Of a stretch of 64,000 nt of DNA, positions 34,801-49,800 are shown one piece after another. How positions within the stretch are numbered: the stretch's first letter is position 1; every line of letters starts with the position of its first letter. The DNA is from Yuukianura sp. NJ FZ-2021 (Eukaryota), in the NCBI GenBank assembly GCA_046563655.1, contig CM102287.1, positions 186,001 through 250,000 on the forward strand, in the 5' to 3' direction. A model generated the notes under the pieces. It saw only the letters and a program-made list of their open reading frames with translations. It did no database searches and was not told where the DNA came from. Made by a program: the position numbers and the translations under genes.

Positions 34801-37800
34801 AGCCATTTTGTGAATTTGCAGAGCAATTTAACCCCTTCAAAATTCTAGAAAAACACCTTTCTAAATACCCAACTTTGAAAGTGTACTCACATCAATTTCA
34901 AGTCGGTGAATCCGAATTTGCAATTAGATTTCACCGGAAATCCATATTTCTCGAGATACAGCCATTTTGTGAATTTGCAGAGCAATTTTACGCCCTACAA
35001 AATTCTAGAAAAACTACCTTTCTAAATACCCAACTTTGAAAGTGTACTCACATCAATTTCAAGTCGGTGAATCCGAATTTGCAATTAGATTTCACCGGAA
35101 ATCCATATTTCTCGAGATACAGCCATTTTGTGAATTTGCAGAGCAATTTAACCCCCTTCAAAATTCTAGAAAAACTACCTTTCTAAATACCCAACTTTGA
35201 AAGTGTAATCACATCAATTTCAAGTCGGTGAATCCGAATTTGCAATTAGATTTCACCGGAAATCCATATTTCTCGAGATACAGCCATTTTGTGAATTTGC
35301 AGAGCAATTTAACCCCCTTCAAAATTCTAGAAAAACTGCCTTTCTAAATACCCAACTTTGAAAGTGTACTCACATCAATTTCAAGTCGGTGAATCCGAAT
35401 TTGCAATTAGATTTCACCGGAAATCCATATTTCTCGAGATACAGCCATTTTGTGAATTTGCAGACCAATTTTACGCCATACAAATTCTAGAAAAACTACC
35501 TTTCTAAATACCCACCTTTGAAAGTATACTCACATCAATTTCAAGTCGGTGAATCCGAATTTGCAATTAGATTTCACCGGAAATCCATATTTCTCGAGAT
35601 ACAGCCATTTTGTGAATTTGCAGAGCAATTTAACCCCTTTCAAAATTCTAGAAAAACTACCTTTCTAAATACCCAACTTTGAAAGTGTACTCACATCAAT
35701 TTCAAGTCGGTGAATCCGAATTTGCAATTAGATTTCACCGGAAATCCATATTTCTCGAGATACAGCCATTTTGTGAATTTGCAGAGCAATTTAACCCCTT
35801 CAAAATTCTAGAAAAACTACCTTTCTAAATACCCAACTTTGAAAGTGTACTCACATCAATTTCAAGTCGGTGAATCCGAATTTGCAATTAGATTTCACCG
35901 GAAATCCATATTTCTCGAGATACAGCCATTTTGTGAATTTGCAGAGCAATTTTTCCCCTTACAAAATTCTAGAAAAACTGCCTTTCTAAATACCCAACTT
36001 TGAAAGTGTACTCACATCAATTTCAAGTCGGTGAATCCGAATTTGCAATTAGATTTCACCGGAAATCCATATTTCTCGAGATACAGCCATTTTGTGAATT
36101 TGCAGAGCAATTTAATACCTTTCAAAATTCTAGAAAAACTGCCTTTCTAAATACCCAACTTTGAAAGTGTACTCACATCAATTTCAAGTCGGTGAATCCG
36201 AATTTGCAATTAGATTTCACCGGAAATCCATATTTCTCGAGATACAGCCATTTTGTGAATTTGCAGAGCAATTTATCCCCCTTCAAAATTCTAGAAAAAC
36301 TGCCTTTCTAAATACCCAACTTTGAAAGTGTACTCACATCAATTTCAAGTCGGTGAATCCGAATTTGCAATTAGATTTCACCGGAAATCCATATTTCTCG
36401 AGATACAGCCATTTTGTGAATTTGCAGAGCAATTTAACCACCTTCAAAATTCTATAAAAACTGTCTTTCTAAATACCCAACTTTGAAAGTATACTCACAT
36501 CAATTTCAAGTCGGTGAATCCGAATTTGCAATCAGATTTCACCGGAAATCCATATTTCTCGAGATACCGCCATTTTGTGAATTTGCAGAGCAACTTAACC
36601 ACCTTCAAAATTCTATAAAAACTGTCTTTCTAAATACCCAACTTTGAAAGTATACTCACATCAATTTCAAGTCGGTGAATCCGAATTTGCAATCAGATTT
36701 CACCGGAAATCCATATTTCTCGAGATACCGCCATTTTGTGAATTTGCAGAGCAACTTAACCACCTTCAAAATTCTATAAAAACTGTCTTTCTAAATACCC
36801 AACTTTGAAAGTATACTCACATCAATTTCAAGTCGGTGAATCCGAATTTGCAATTAGATCTCACCGGAAATCCATATTTCTCGAGATACAGCCATTTTGT
36901 GAATTTGCAGAGCAATTTAACCCCTTACAAAATTCTAGAAAAACTACCTTTCTAAATACCCACCTTTGAAAGTGTACTCACATCAATTTCAAGTCGGTGA
37001 ATCCGAATTTGCAATTAGATTTCACCGGAAATCCATATTTCTCGAGATACAGCCATTTTGTGAATTTGCAGAGCAATTTAACGCCCTACAAATTCTAGAA
37101 AAACTGCCTTTCTAAATACCCAACTTTGAAAGTGTACTCACATCAATTTCAAGTCGGTGAATCCGAATTTGCAATTAGATTTCACCGGAAATCCATATTT
37201 CTCGAGATACAGCCATTTTGTGAATTTGCAGAGCAATTTAACCCCCTTCAAAATTCTATAAAAACTGTCTTTCTAAATACCCAACTTTGAAAGTATACTC
37301 ACATCAATTTCAAGTCGGTGAATCCGAATTTGCAATTAGATTTCACCGGAAATCCATATTTCTCGAGATACAGCCATTTTGTGAATTTGCAGAGCAATTT
37401 AACCCCCTTCAAAATTCTATAAAAACTGCCTTTCTAAATACCCAACTTTGAAAGTGTACTCACATCAATTTCAAGTCGGTGAATCCGAATTTGCAATTAG
37501 ATTTCACCGGAAATCCATATTTCTCGAGATACAGCCATTTTGTGAATTTGCAGAGCAATTTAACCCCTTCAAAATTCTAGAAAAACTACCTTTCTAAATA
37601 CCCACCTTTGAAAGTGTACTCACATCAATTTCAAGTCGGTGAATCCGAATTTGCAATTAGATTTCACCGGAAATCCATATTTCTCGAGATACAGCCATTT
37701 TGTGAATTTGCAGAGCAATTTAACCCCTTCAAAATTCTAGAAAAACTACCTTTCTAAATACCCAACTTTGAAAGTATACTCACATCAATTTCAAGTCGGT

Positions 37801-40800
37801 GAATCCGAATTTGCAATTAGATTTCACCGGAAATCCATATTTCTCGAGATACAGCCATTTTGTGAATTTGCAGAGCAATTTAACCCCCTTCAAAATTCTA
37901 GAAAAACTGACTTTCTAAATACCCAACTTTGAAAGTATACTCACATCAATTTCAAGTCGGTGAATCCGAATTTGCAATTAGATTTCACCGGAAATCCATA
38001 TTTCTCGAGATACAGCCATTTTGTGAATTTGCAGAGCAATTTAACCCCTTCAAAATTCTAGAAAAACTACCTTTCTAAATACCCAACTTTGAAAGTGTAA
38101 TCACATCAATTTCAAGTCGGTGAATCCGAATTTGCAATTAGATTTCACCGGAAATCCATATTTCTCGAGATACAGCCATTTTGTGAATTTGCAGAGCAAT
38201 TTAATCCCGTTCAAAATTCTAGAAAAACTGCATTTCTAAATACCCAACTTTGAAAGTGTACTCACATCAATTTCAAGTCGGTGAATCCGAATTTGCAATT
38301 AGATTTCACCGGAAATCCATATTTCTCGAGATACAGCCATTTTGTGAATTTGCAGAGCAAGTTTACGCCATACAAATTCTAGAAAAACTACCTTTCTAAA
38401 TACCCAACTTTGAAAGTGTACTCACATCAATTTCAAGTCGGTGAATCCGAATTTGCAATTAGATTTCACCGGAAATCCATATTTCTCGAGATACAGCCAT
38501 TTTGTGAATTTGCAGAGCAAGTTTACGCCATACAAATTCTAGAAAAACTACCTTTCTAAATGTCAACCTTTGAAAGTGTACTCACATCAATTTCAAGTCG
38601 GTGAATCCGAATTTGCAATTAGATTTCACCGGCAAATCCATATTTCTCGAGATACAGCCATTTTGTGAATTTGCAGAGCAATTTAACCCCTTCAAAATTC
38701 TAGAAAAACTACCTTTCTAAATGTCCACCTTTGAAAGCGTACTCACATCAATTTCAAGTCGGTGAATCCGAATTTGCAATTAGATTTCACCGGAAATCCA
38801 TATTTCTCGAGATACAGCCATTTTGTGAATTTGCAGAGCAATTTATCCGCTTACAAAATTCTAGAAAAACTACATTTCTAAATGTCCAACTTTGAAAGTG
38901 TACTCACATCAATTTCAAGTCGGTGAATCCGAATTTGCAATTAGATTTCACCGGAAATCCATATTTCTCGAGATACAGCCATTTTGTGAATTTGCAGATC
39001 AATTTAACCCCTTCAAAATTCTAGAAAAACTACCTTTCTAAATACCCAACTTTGAAAGTATACTCACATCAATTTCAAGTCGGTGAATCCGAATTTGCAA
39101 TTAGATTTCACCGGAAATCCATATTTCTCGAGATACAGCCATTTTGTGAATTTGCAGAGCAATTTAACCACCTTCAAAATTCTATAAAAACTGTCTTTCT
39201 AAATACCCAACTTTGAAAGTGTACTCACATCAATTTCAAGTCGGTGAATCCGAATTTGCAATTAGATTTCACCGGAAATCCATATTTCTCGAGATACAGC
39301 CATTTTGTGAATTTGCAGAGCAATTTATCGCCATACAAATTCTAGAAAAACTACCTTTCTAAATACCCAACTTTGAAAGTGTAATCACATCAATTTCAAG
39401 TCGGTGAATCCGAATTTGCAATTAGATTTCACCGGAAATCCATATTTCTCGAGATACAGCCATTTTGTGAATTTGCAGAGCAATTTATCCCATTACAAAA
39501 TTCTAGAAAAACTACCTTTCTAAATACCCAACTTTGAAAGTGTACTCACATCAATTTCAAGTCGGTGAATCCGAATTTGCAATTAGATTTCACCGGAAAT
39601 CCATATTTCTCGAGATACAGCCATTTTGTGAATTTGCAGAGCAATTTAACCCCCTTCAAATTCTAGAAAAACTGCCTTTCTAAACGTCAACCTTTGAAAG
39701 TGTACTCACATCAATTTCAAGTCGGTGAATCCGAATTTGCAATTAGATTTCACCGGAAATCCATATTTCTCGAGATACAGCCATTTTGTGAATTTGCAGA
39801 GCAATTTAACCCACTTCAAAATTCTAGAAAAACTACCTTTCTAAATACCCACCTTTGAAAGTGTACTCACATCAATTTCAAGTCGGTGAATCCGAATTTG
39901 CAATTAGATTTCACCGGAAATCCATATTTCTCGAGATACAGCCATTTTGTGAATTTGCAGAGCAATTTAACCCACTTCAAAATTCTAGAAAAACTACCTT
40001 TCTAAATACCCACCTTTGAAAGTGTACTCACATCAATTTCAAGTCGGTGAATCCGAATTTGCAATTAGATTTCACCGGAAATCCATATTTCTCGAGATAC
40101 AGCCATTTTGTGAATTTGCAGAGCAATTTAACCCCCTTCAAAATTCTAGAAAAACTACCTTTCTAAATACCCACCTTTGAAAGTGTACTCACATCAATTT
40201 CAAGTCGGTGAATCCGAATTTGCAATTAGATTTCACCGGAAATCCATATTTCTCGAGATACAGCCATTTTGTGAATTTGCAGAGCAATTTAACCCCATAC
40301 AAAATTCTAGAAAAACTACCTTTCTAAATGTCCACCTTTGAAAGTGTACTCACATCAATTTCAAGTCGGTGAATCCGAATTTGCAATTAGATTTCACCGG
40401 AAATCCATATTTCTCGAGATACAGCCATTTTGTGAATTTGCAGAGCAATTTAACCCCTTCAAAATTCTAGAAAAACTACCTTTCTAAATACCCACCTTTG
40501 AAAGTGTACTCACATCAATTTCAAGTCGGTGAATCCGAATTTGCAATTAGATTTCACCGGAAATCCATATTTCTCGAGATACAGCCATTTTGTGAATTTG
40601 CAGAGCAATTTAACCCCCTTCAAAATTCTAGAAAAACACCTTTCTAAATACCAACCTTTGAAAGTGTACTCACATCAATTTCAAGTCGGTGAATCCGAAT
40701 TTGCAATTAGATTTCACCGGAAATCCATATTTCTCGAGATACAGCCATTTTGTGAATTTGCAGAGCAATTTAACCCCCTTCAAAATTCTAGAAAAACTAC

Positions 40801-43800
40801 CTTTCTAAATACCCACCTTTGAAAGTGTACTCACATCAATTTCAAGTCGGTGAATCCGAATTTGCAATTAGATTTCACCGGAAATCCATATTTCTCGAGA
40901 TACAGCCATTTTGTGAATTTGCAGAGCAATTTAACCCCTTACAAAATTCTAGAAAAACTACCTTTCTAAATGTCTACCTTTGAAAGTGTACTCACATCAA
41001 TTTCAAGTCGGTGAATCCGAATTTGCAATTAGATTTCACCGGAAATCCATATTTCTCGAGATACAGCCATTTTGTGAATTTGCAGAGCAATTTAACCCCT
41101 TCAAAATTCTAGAAAAACTACCTTTCTAAATGTCCACCTTTGAAAGTGTACTCACATCAATTTCAAGTCGGTGAATCCGAATTTGCAATTAGATTTCACC
41201 GGAAATCCATATTTCTCGAGATACAGCCATTTTGTGAATTTGCAGAGCAATTTAAAACCCTTCAAAATTCTAGAAAAACTGCCTTTCTAAATACCAACCT
41301 TTGAAAGTGTACTCACATCAATTTCAAGTCGGTGAATCCGAATTTGCAATTAGATTTCACCGGAAATCCATATTTCTCGAGATACAGCCATTTTGTGAAT
41401 TTGCAGAGCAATTTATCAAAATTCTAGAAAAACTACCTTTCTAAATACCCACCTTTGAAAGTGTACTCACATCAATTTCAAGTCGGTGAATCCGAATTTG
41501 CAATTAGATTTCACCGGAAATCCATATTTCTCGAGATACAGCCATTTTGTGAATTTGCAGAGCAATTTAACCCCATACAAAATTCTAGAAAAACTACCTT
41601 TCTAAATGTCCACCTTTGAAAGTGTACTCACATCAATTTCAAGTCGGTGAATCCGAATTTGCAATTAGATTTCACCGGAAATCCATATTTCTCGAGATAC
41701 AGCCATTTTGTGAATTTGCAGAGCAATTTAACCCCTTCAAAATTCTAGAAAAACACCTTTCTAAATACCCAACTTTGAAAGTGTAATCACATCAATTTCA
41801 AGTCGGTGAATCCGAATTTGCAATTAGATTTCACCGGAAATCCATATTTCTCGAGATACAGCCATTTTGTGAATTTGCAGAGCAATTTAACACCCTTCAA
41901 AATTCTAGAAAAACTACCTTTCTAAATACCCACCTTTGAAAGTGTACTCACATCAATTTCAAGTCGGTGAATCCGAATTTGCAATTAGATTTCACCGGAA
42001 ATCCATATTTCTCGAGATACAGCCATTTTGTGAATTTGCAGAGGAATTTTTCCCCCTACAAAATTCTAGAAAAACTACCTTTCTAAATGTCCACCTTTGA
42101 AAGTGTACTCACATCAATTTCAAGTCGGTGAATCCGAATTTGCAATTAGATTTCACCGGAAATCCATATTTCTCGAGATACAGCCATTTTGTGAATTTGC
42201 AGAGCAATTTAACCCCCTTCAAAATTTTAGAAAAACTACCTTTCTAAATGTCCACCTTTGAAAGTGTACTCACATCAATTTCAAGTCGGTGAATCCGAAT
42301 TTGCAATTAGATTTCACCGGAAATCCATATTTCTCGAGATACAGCCATTTTGTGAATTTGCAGAGCAATTTAACCCCTTCAAAATTCTAGACAAACTACA
42401 TTTCTAAATGTCCAACTTTGAAAGTGTACTCACATCAATTTCAAGTCGGTGAATCCGAATTTGCAATTAGATTTCACCGGAAATCCATATTTCTCGAGAT
42501 ACAGCCATTTTGTGAATTTGCAGAGCAATTTAACCACCTTCAAAATTCTAGAAAAACTACCTTTCTAAATACCCAACTTTGAAAGTGTACTCACATCAAT
42601 TTCAAGTCGGTGAATCCGAATTTGCAATTAGATTTCACCGGAAATCCATATTTCTCGAGATACAGCCATTTTGTGAATTTGCAGAGCAATTTAACCCCTT
42701 CAAAATTCTAGAAAAACTACCTTTCTAAATACCCAACTTTGAAAGTGTAATCACATCAATTTCAAGTCGGTGAATCCGAATTTGCAATTAGATTTCACCG
42801 GAAATCCATATTTCTCGAGATACAGCCATTTTGTGAATTTGCAGACCAATTTAACCCCCTTCAAAATTCTAGAAAAACTGCCTTTCTAAATACCCAACTT
42901 TGAAAGTGTACTCACATCAATTTCAAGTCGGTGAATCCGAATTTGCAATTAGATTTCACCGGAAATCCATATTTCTCGAGATACAGCCATTTTGTGAATT
43001 TGCAGAGCAATTTAACCCCCTTCAAAATTCTAGAAAAACACCTTTCTAAATACCCAACTTTGAAAGTGTACTCACATCAATTTCAAGTCGGTGAATCCGA
43101 ATTTGCAATTAGATTTCACCGGCAATCCATATTTCTCGAGATACAGCCATTTTGTGAATTTGCAGAGGAATTTTACCCCATACAAAATTCTAGAAAAACT
43201 ACCTTTCTAAATACCCACCTTTGAAAGTATACTCACATCAATTTCAAGTCGGTGAATCCGAATTTGCAATTAGATCTCACCGGAAATCCATATTTCTCGA
43301 GATACAGCCATTTTGTGAATTTGCAGAGCAATTTAACCCCTTCAAAATTCTAGAAAAACTACCTTTCTAAATACCCAACTTTGAAAGTGTACTCACATCA
43401 ATTTCAAGTCGGTGAATCCGAATTTGCAATTAGATTTCACCGGAAATCCATATTTCTCGAGATACAGCCATTTTGTGAATTTGCAGAGCAATTTAACCCC
43501 CTTCAAAATTCTAGAAAAACACCTTTCTAAATACCCAACTTTGAAAGTGTAATCACATCAATTTCAAGTCGGTGAATCCGAATTTGCAATTAGATTTCAC
43601 CGGAAATCCATATTTCTCGAGATACAGCCATTTTGTGAATTTGCAGAGCAATTTAATCAAAATTCTAGAAAAACTACCTTTCTAAATACCCACCTTTGAA
43701 AGTGTACTCACATCAATTTCAAGTCGGTGAATACGAATTTGCAATTAGATTTCACCGGCAATCCATATTTCTCGAGATACAGCCATTTTGTGAATTTGCA

Positions 43801-46800
43801 GAGCAATTTTTCCCTTTACAAAATTCTAGAAAAACTACCTTTCTAAATGTCCACCTTTGAAAGTGTACTCACATCAATTTCAAGTCGGTGAATCCGAATT
43901 TGCAATTAGATTTCACCGGAAATCCATATTTCTCGAGATACAGCCATTTTGTGAATTTGCAGAGCAATTTTTCCCCTTACAAAATTCTAGAAAAACTACC
44001 TTTCTAAATGTCCACCTTTGAAAGTGTACTCACATCAATTTCAAGTCGGTGAATCCGAATTTGCAATTAGATTTCACCGGAAATCCATATTTCTCGAGAT
44101 ACAGCCATTTTGTGAATTTGCAGAGCAATTTAACCCCCTTCAAAATTCTAGAAAAACACCTTTCTAAATACCCAACTTTGAAAGTGTAATCACATCAATT
44201 TCAAGTCGGTGAATCCGAATTTGCAATTAGATTTCACCGGAAATCCATATTTCTCGAGATACAGCCATTTTGTGAATTTGCAGAGCAATTTAACCACCTT
44301 CAAAATTCTAGAAAAACTACCTTTCTAAATACCCAACTTTGAAAGTGTACTCACATCAATTTCAAGTCGGTGAATCCGAATTTGCAATTAGATTTCACCG
44401 GAAATCCATATTTCTCGAGATACAGCCATTTTGTGAATTTGCAGAGCAATTTAACCCCTTCAAAATTCTAGAAAAACTGCCTGTCTAAATACCCACCTTT
44501 GAAAGTGTAATCACATCAATTTCAAGTCGGTGAATCCGAATTTGCAATCAGATTTCACCGGAAATCCATATTTCTCGAGATACCGCCATTTTGTGAATTT
44601 GCAGAGCAACTTAACCACCTTCAAAATTCTATAAAAACTGTCTTTCTAAATACCCAACTTTGAAAGTATACTCACATCAATTTCAAGTCGGTGAATCCGA
44701 ATTTGCAATTAGATTTCACCGGAAATCCATATTTCTCGAGATACAGCCATTTTGTGAATTTGCAGAGCAATTTAACCCCCTTCAAAATTCTAGAAAAACA
44801 CCTTTCTAAATACCCAACTTTGAAAGTGTAATCACATCAATTTCAAGTCGGTGAATCCGAATTTGCAATTAGATTTCACCGGCAATCCATATTTCTCGAG
44901 ATACAGCCATTTTGTGAATTTGCAGAGGAATTTTACCCCATACAAAATTCTAGAAAAACTACCTTTCTAAATACCCACCTTTGAAAGTATACTCACATCA
45001 ATTTCAAGTCGGTGAATCCGAATTTGCAATTAGATCTCACCGGAAATCCATATTTCTCGAGATACAGCCATTTTGTGAATTTGCAGAGCAATTTAACCAC
45101 CTTCAAAATTCTAGAAAAGCTACCTTTCTAAATACCCAACTTTGAAAGTGTACTCACATCAATTTCAAGTCGGTGAATCCGAATTTGCAATTAGATTTCA
45201 CCGGAAATCCATATTTCTCGAGATACAGCCATTTTGTGAATTTGCAGAGCAATTTATCCCCGTTCAAAATTCTAGAAAAACTACCTTTCTAAATACCCAA
45301 CTTTGAAAGTGTACTCACATCAATTTCAAGTCGGTGAATCCGAATTTGCAATTAGATTTCACCGGAAATCCATATTTCTCGAGATACAGCCATTTTGTGA
45401 ATTTGCAGAGCAATTTAACGCCCAACAAATTCTAGAAAAACTGCATTTCTAAATACCCAACTTTGAAAGTGTACTCACATCAATTTCAAGTCGGTGAATC
45501 CGAATTTGCAATTAGATTTCACCGGAAATCCATATTTCTCGAGATACAGCCATTTTGTGAATTTGCAGACCAATTTAACCCCTTCAAAATTCTAGAAAAA
45601 CTACCTTTCTAAATACCCACCTTTGAAAGTGTACTCACATCAATTTCAAGTCGGTGAATCCGAATTTGCAATTAGATTTCACCGGAAATCCATATTTCTC
45701 GAGATACAGCCATTTTGTGAATTTGCAGAGGAATTTTACCCCATACAAAATTCTAGAAAAACTACCTTTCTAAATGTCCACCTTTGAAAGTGTACTCACA
45801 TCAATTTCAAGTCGGTGAATCCGAATTTGCAATTAGATTTCACCGGAAATCCATATTTCTCGAGATACAGCCATTTTGTGAATTTGCAGGGCAATTTATC
45901 CCCCTTCAAAATTCTAGAAAAACTACCTTTCTAAATACCCACCTTTGAAAGTGTACTCACATCAATTTCAAGTCGGTGAATCCGAATTTGCAATTAGATT
46001 TCACCGGAAATCCATATTTCTCGAGATACAGCCATTTTGTGAATTTGCAGAGCAATTTAACCCCTTCAAAATTCTAGAAAAACACCTTTCTAAATACCCA
46101 ACTTTGAAAGTGTAATCACATCAATTTCAAGTCGGTGAATCCGAATTTGCAATTAGATTTCACCGGAAATCCATATTTCTCGAGATACAGCCATTTTGTG
46201 AATTTGCAGAGCAATTTAACCACCTTCAAAATTCTAGAAAAACTACCTTTCTAAATACCCAACTTTGAAAGTGTACTCACATCAATTTCAAGTCGGTGAA
46301 TCCGAATTTGCAATTAGATTTCACCGGAAATCCATATTTCTCGAGATACAGCCATTTTGTGAATTTGCAGAGCAATTTAACCCCCTTCAAAATTCTAGAA
46401 AAACTACCTTTCTAAATACCCAACTTTGAAAGTGTAATCACATCAATTTCAAGTCGGTGAATCCGAATTTGCAATTAGATTTCACCGGAAATCCATATTT
46501 CTCGAGATACAGCCATTTTGTGAATTTGCAGAGCAATTTAACCACCTTCAAAATTCTATAAAAACTGTCTTTCTAAATACCCAACTTTGAAAGTGTAATC
46601 ACATCAATTTCAAGTCGGTGAATCCGAATTTGCAATCAGATTTCACCGGAAATCCATATTTCTCGAGATACCGCCATTTTGTGAATTTGCAGAGCAACTT
46701 AACCACCTTCAAAATTCTATAAAAACTGTCTTTCTAAATACCCAACTTTGAAAGTATACTCACATCAATTTCAAGTCGGTGAATCCGAATTTGCAATTAG

Positions 46801-49800
46801 ATTTCACCGGAAATCCATATTTCTCGAGATACAGCCATTTTGTGAATTTGCGGAGCAATTTAACCCCCTTCAAAATTCTAGAAAAACACCTTTCTAAATA
46901 CCCAACTTTGAAAGTGTAATCACATCAATTTCAAGTCGGTGAATCCGAATTTGCAATTAGATTTCACCGGAAATCCATATTTCTCGAGATACAGCCATTT
47001 TGTGAATTTGCAGAGCAATTTAACCCCCTTCAAAATTCTAGAAAAACACCTTTCTAAATACCCAACTTTGAAAGTGTAATCACATCAATTTCAAGTCGGT
47101 GAATCCGAATTTGCAATTAGATTTCACCGGAAATCCATATTTCTCGAGATACAGCCATTTTGTGAATTTGCAGAGCAATTTAACCCCCTTCAAAATTCTA
47201 GAAAAACTACCTTTCTAAATACCCAACTTTGAAAGTGTACTCACATCAATTTCAAGTCGGTGAATCCGAATTTGCAATTAGATTTCACCGGAAATCCATA
47301 TTTCTCGAGATACAGCCATTTTGTGAATTTGCAGACCAATTTAACCCCCTTCAAAATTCTAGAAAAACTACCTTTCTAAATACCCAACTTTGAAAGTGTA
47401 CTCACATCAATTTCAAGTCGGTGAATCCGAATTTGCAATTAGATTTCACCGGAAATCCATATTTCTCGAGATACAGCCATTTTGTGAATTTGCGGAGCAA
47501 TTTAACCCCTTCAAAATTCTAGAAAAACTGCCTTTCTAAATACCCAACTTTGAAAGTGTACTCACATCAATTTCAAGTCGGTGAATCCGAATTTGCAATT
47601 AGATTTCACCGGAAATCCATATTTCTCGAGATACAGCCATTTTGTGAATTTGCAGAGCAATTTATCCCCCTTCAAAATTCTAGAAAAACTACCTTTCTAA
47701 ATACCCAACTTTGAAAGTGTAATCACATCAATTTCAAGTCGGTGAATCCGAATTTGCAATTAGATTTCACCGGAAATCCATATTTCTCGAGATACAGCCA
47801 TTTTGTGAATTTGCAGAGCAATTTAACCCCCTTCAAAATTCTAAAAAAAAACTGCCTTTCTAAATACCCACCTTTGAAAGTGTACTCACATCAATTTCAA
47901 GTCGGTGAATCCGAATTTGCAATTAGATTTCACCGGAAATCCATATTTCTCGAGATACAGCCATTTTGTGAATTTGCAGAGCAATTTTTCCCCATACAAA
48001 ATTCTAGAAAAACTACCTTTCTAAATGTCCACCTTTGAAAGTATACTCACATCAATTTCAAGTCGGTGAATCCGAATTTGCAATTAGATTTCACCGGAAA
48101 TCCATATTTCTCGAGATACAGCCATTTTGTGAATTTGCAGAGCAATTTAACCCCCTTCAAAATTCTAGAAAAACTGCCTTTCTAAATACCCAACTTTGAA
48201 AGTGTACTCACATCAATTTCAAGTCGGTGAATCCGAATTTGCAATTAGATTTCACCGGAAATCCATATTTCTCGAGATACAGCCATTTTGTGAATTTGCA
48301 GAGCAATTTAACCACCTTCAAAATTCTAGAAAAACTACCTTTCTAAATACCCACCTTTGAAAGTGTACTCACATCAATTTCAAGTCGGTGAATCCGAATT
48401 TGCAATTAGATTTCACCGGAAATCCATATTTCTCGAGATACAGCCATTTTGTGAATTTGCAGAGCAATTTAACCCCCTACAAAATTCTAGAAAAACTACC
48501 TTTCTAAATGTCCACCTTTGAAAGTGTACTCACATCAATTTCAAGTCGGTGAATCCGAATTTGCAATTAGATTTCACCGGAAATCCATATTTCTCGAGAT
48601 ACAGCCATTTTGTGAATTTGCAGAGCAATTTAACCCCCTTCAAAATTCTAGAAAAACTACCTTTCTAAATACCCACCTTTGAAAGTGTACTCACATCAAT
48701 TTCAAGTCGGTGAATCCGAATTTGCAATTAGATTTCACCGGAAATCCATATTTCTCGAGATACAGCCATTTTGTGAATTTGCGGACCAATTTAACCCCCT
48801 TCAAAATTCTAGAAAAACTGCCTTTCTAAATACCCAACTTTGAAAGTGTACTCACATCAATTTCAAGTCGGTGAATCCGAATTTGCAATTAGATTTCACC
48901 GGAAATCCATATTTCTCGAGATACAGCCATTTTGTGAATTTGCAGAGCAATTTAACCCCCTACAAAATTCTAGAAAAACTGCCTTTCTAAATACCCACCT
49001 TTGAAAGTGTACTCACATCAATTTCAAGTCGGTGAATCCAAATTTGCAATCAGATTTCACCGGAAATCCATATTTCTCGAGATACAGCCATTTTGTGAAT
49101 TTGCAGAGCAATTTAACCCTCTTCAAAATTCTAGAAAAACTACCTTTCTAAATACCCAACTTTGAAAGTGTACTCACATCAATTTCAAGTCGGTGAATCC
49201 GAATTTGCAATTAGATTTCACCGGAAATCCATATTTCTCGAGATACAGCCATTTTGTGAATTTGCAGAGCAATTTAACCCCCTTCAAAATTCTAGAAAAA
49301 CACCTTTCTAAATACCCAACTTTGAAAGTGTAATCACATCAATTTCAAGTCGGTGAATCCGAATTTGCAATTAGATTTCACCGGAAATCCATATTTCTCG
49401 AGATACAGCCATTTTGTGAATTTGCAGAGCAATTTAACCCCTTCAAAATTCTAGAAAAACTACCTTTCTAAATACCCACCTTTGAAAGTGTACTCACATC
49501 AATTTCAAGTCGGTGAATCCGAATTTGCAATTAGATTTCACCGGCAATCCATATTTCTCGAGATACAGCCATTTTGTGAATTTGCGGAGCAATTTAACCC
49601 CCTACAAAATTCTACAAAAACTACCTTTCTAAATACCCAACTTTGAAAGTGTAATCACATCAATTTCAAGTCGGTGAATCCGAATTTGCAATTAGATCTC
49701 ACCGGAAATCCATATTTCTCGAGATACAGCCATTTTGTGAATTTGCAGAGCAATTTAACCCCTTCAAAATTCTAGAAAAACTACCTTTCTAAATACCCAA

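Noticed and set aside
22032..48038. ORFs 'MKVYSHQFQVGESEF...' and 'MNPNLQLDF...'
   Set aside because: These are chance open frames in satellite B. They depend on monomer length variants.
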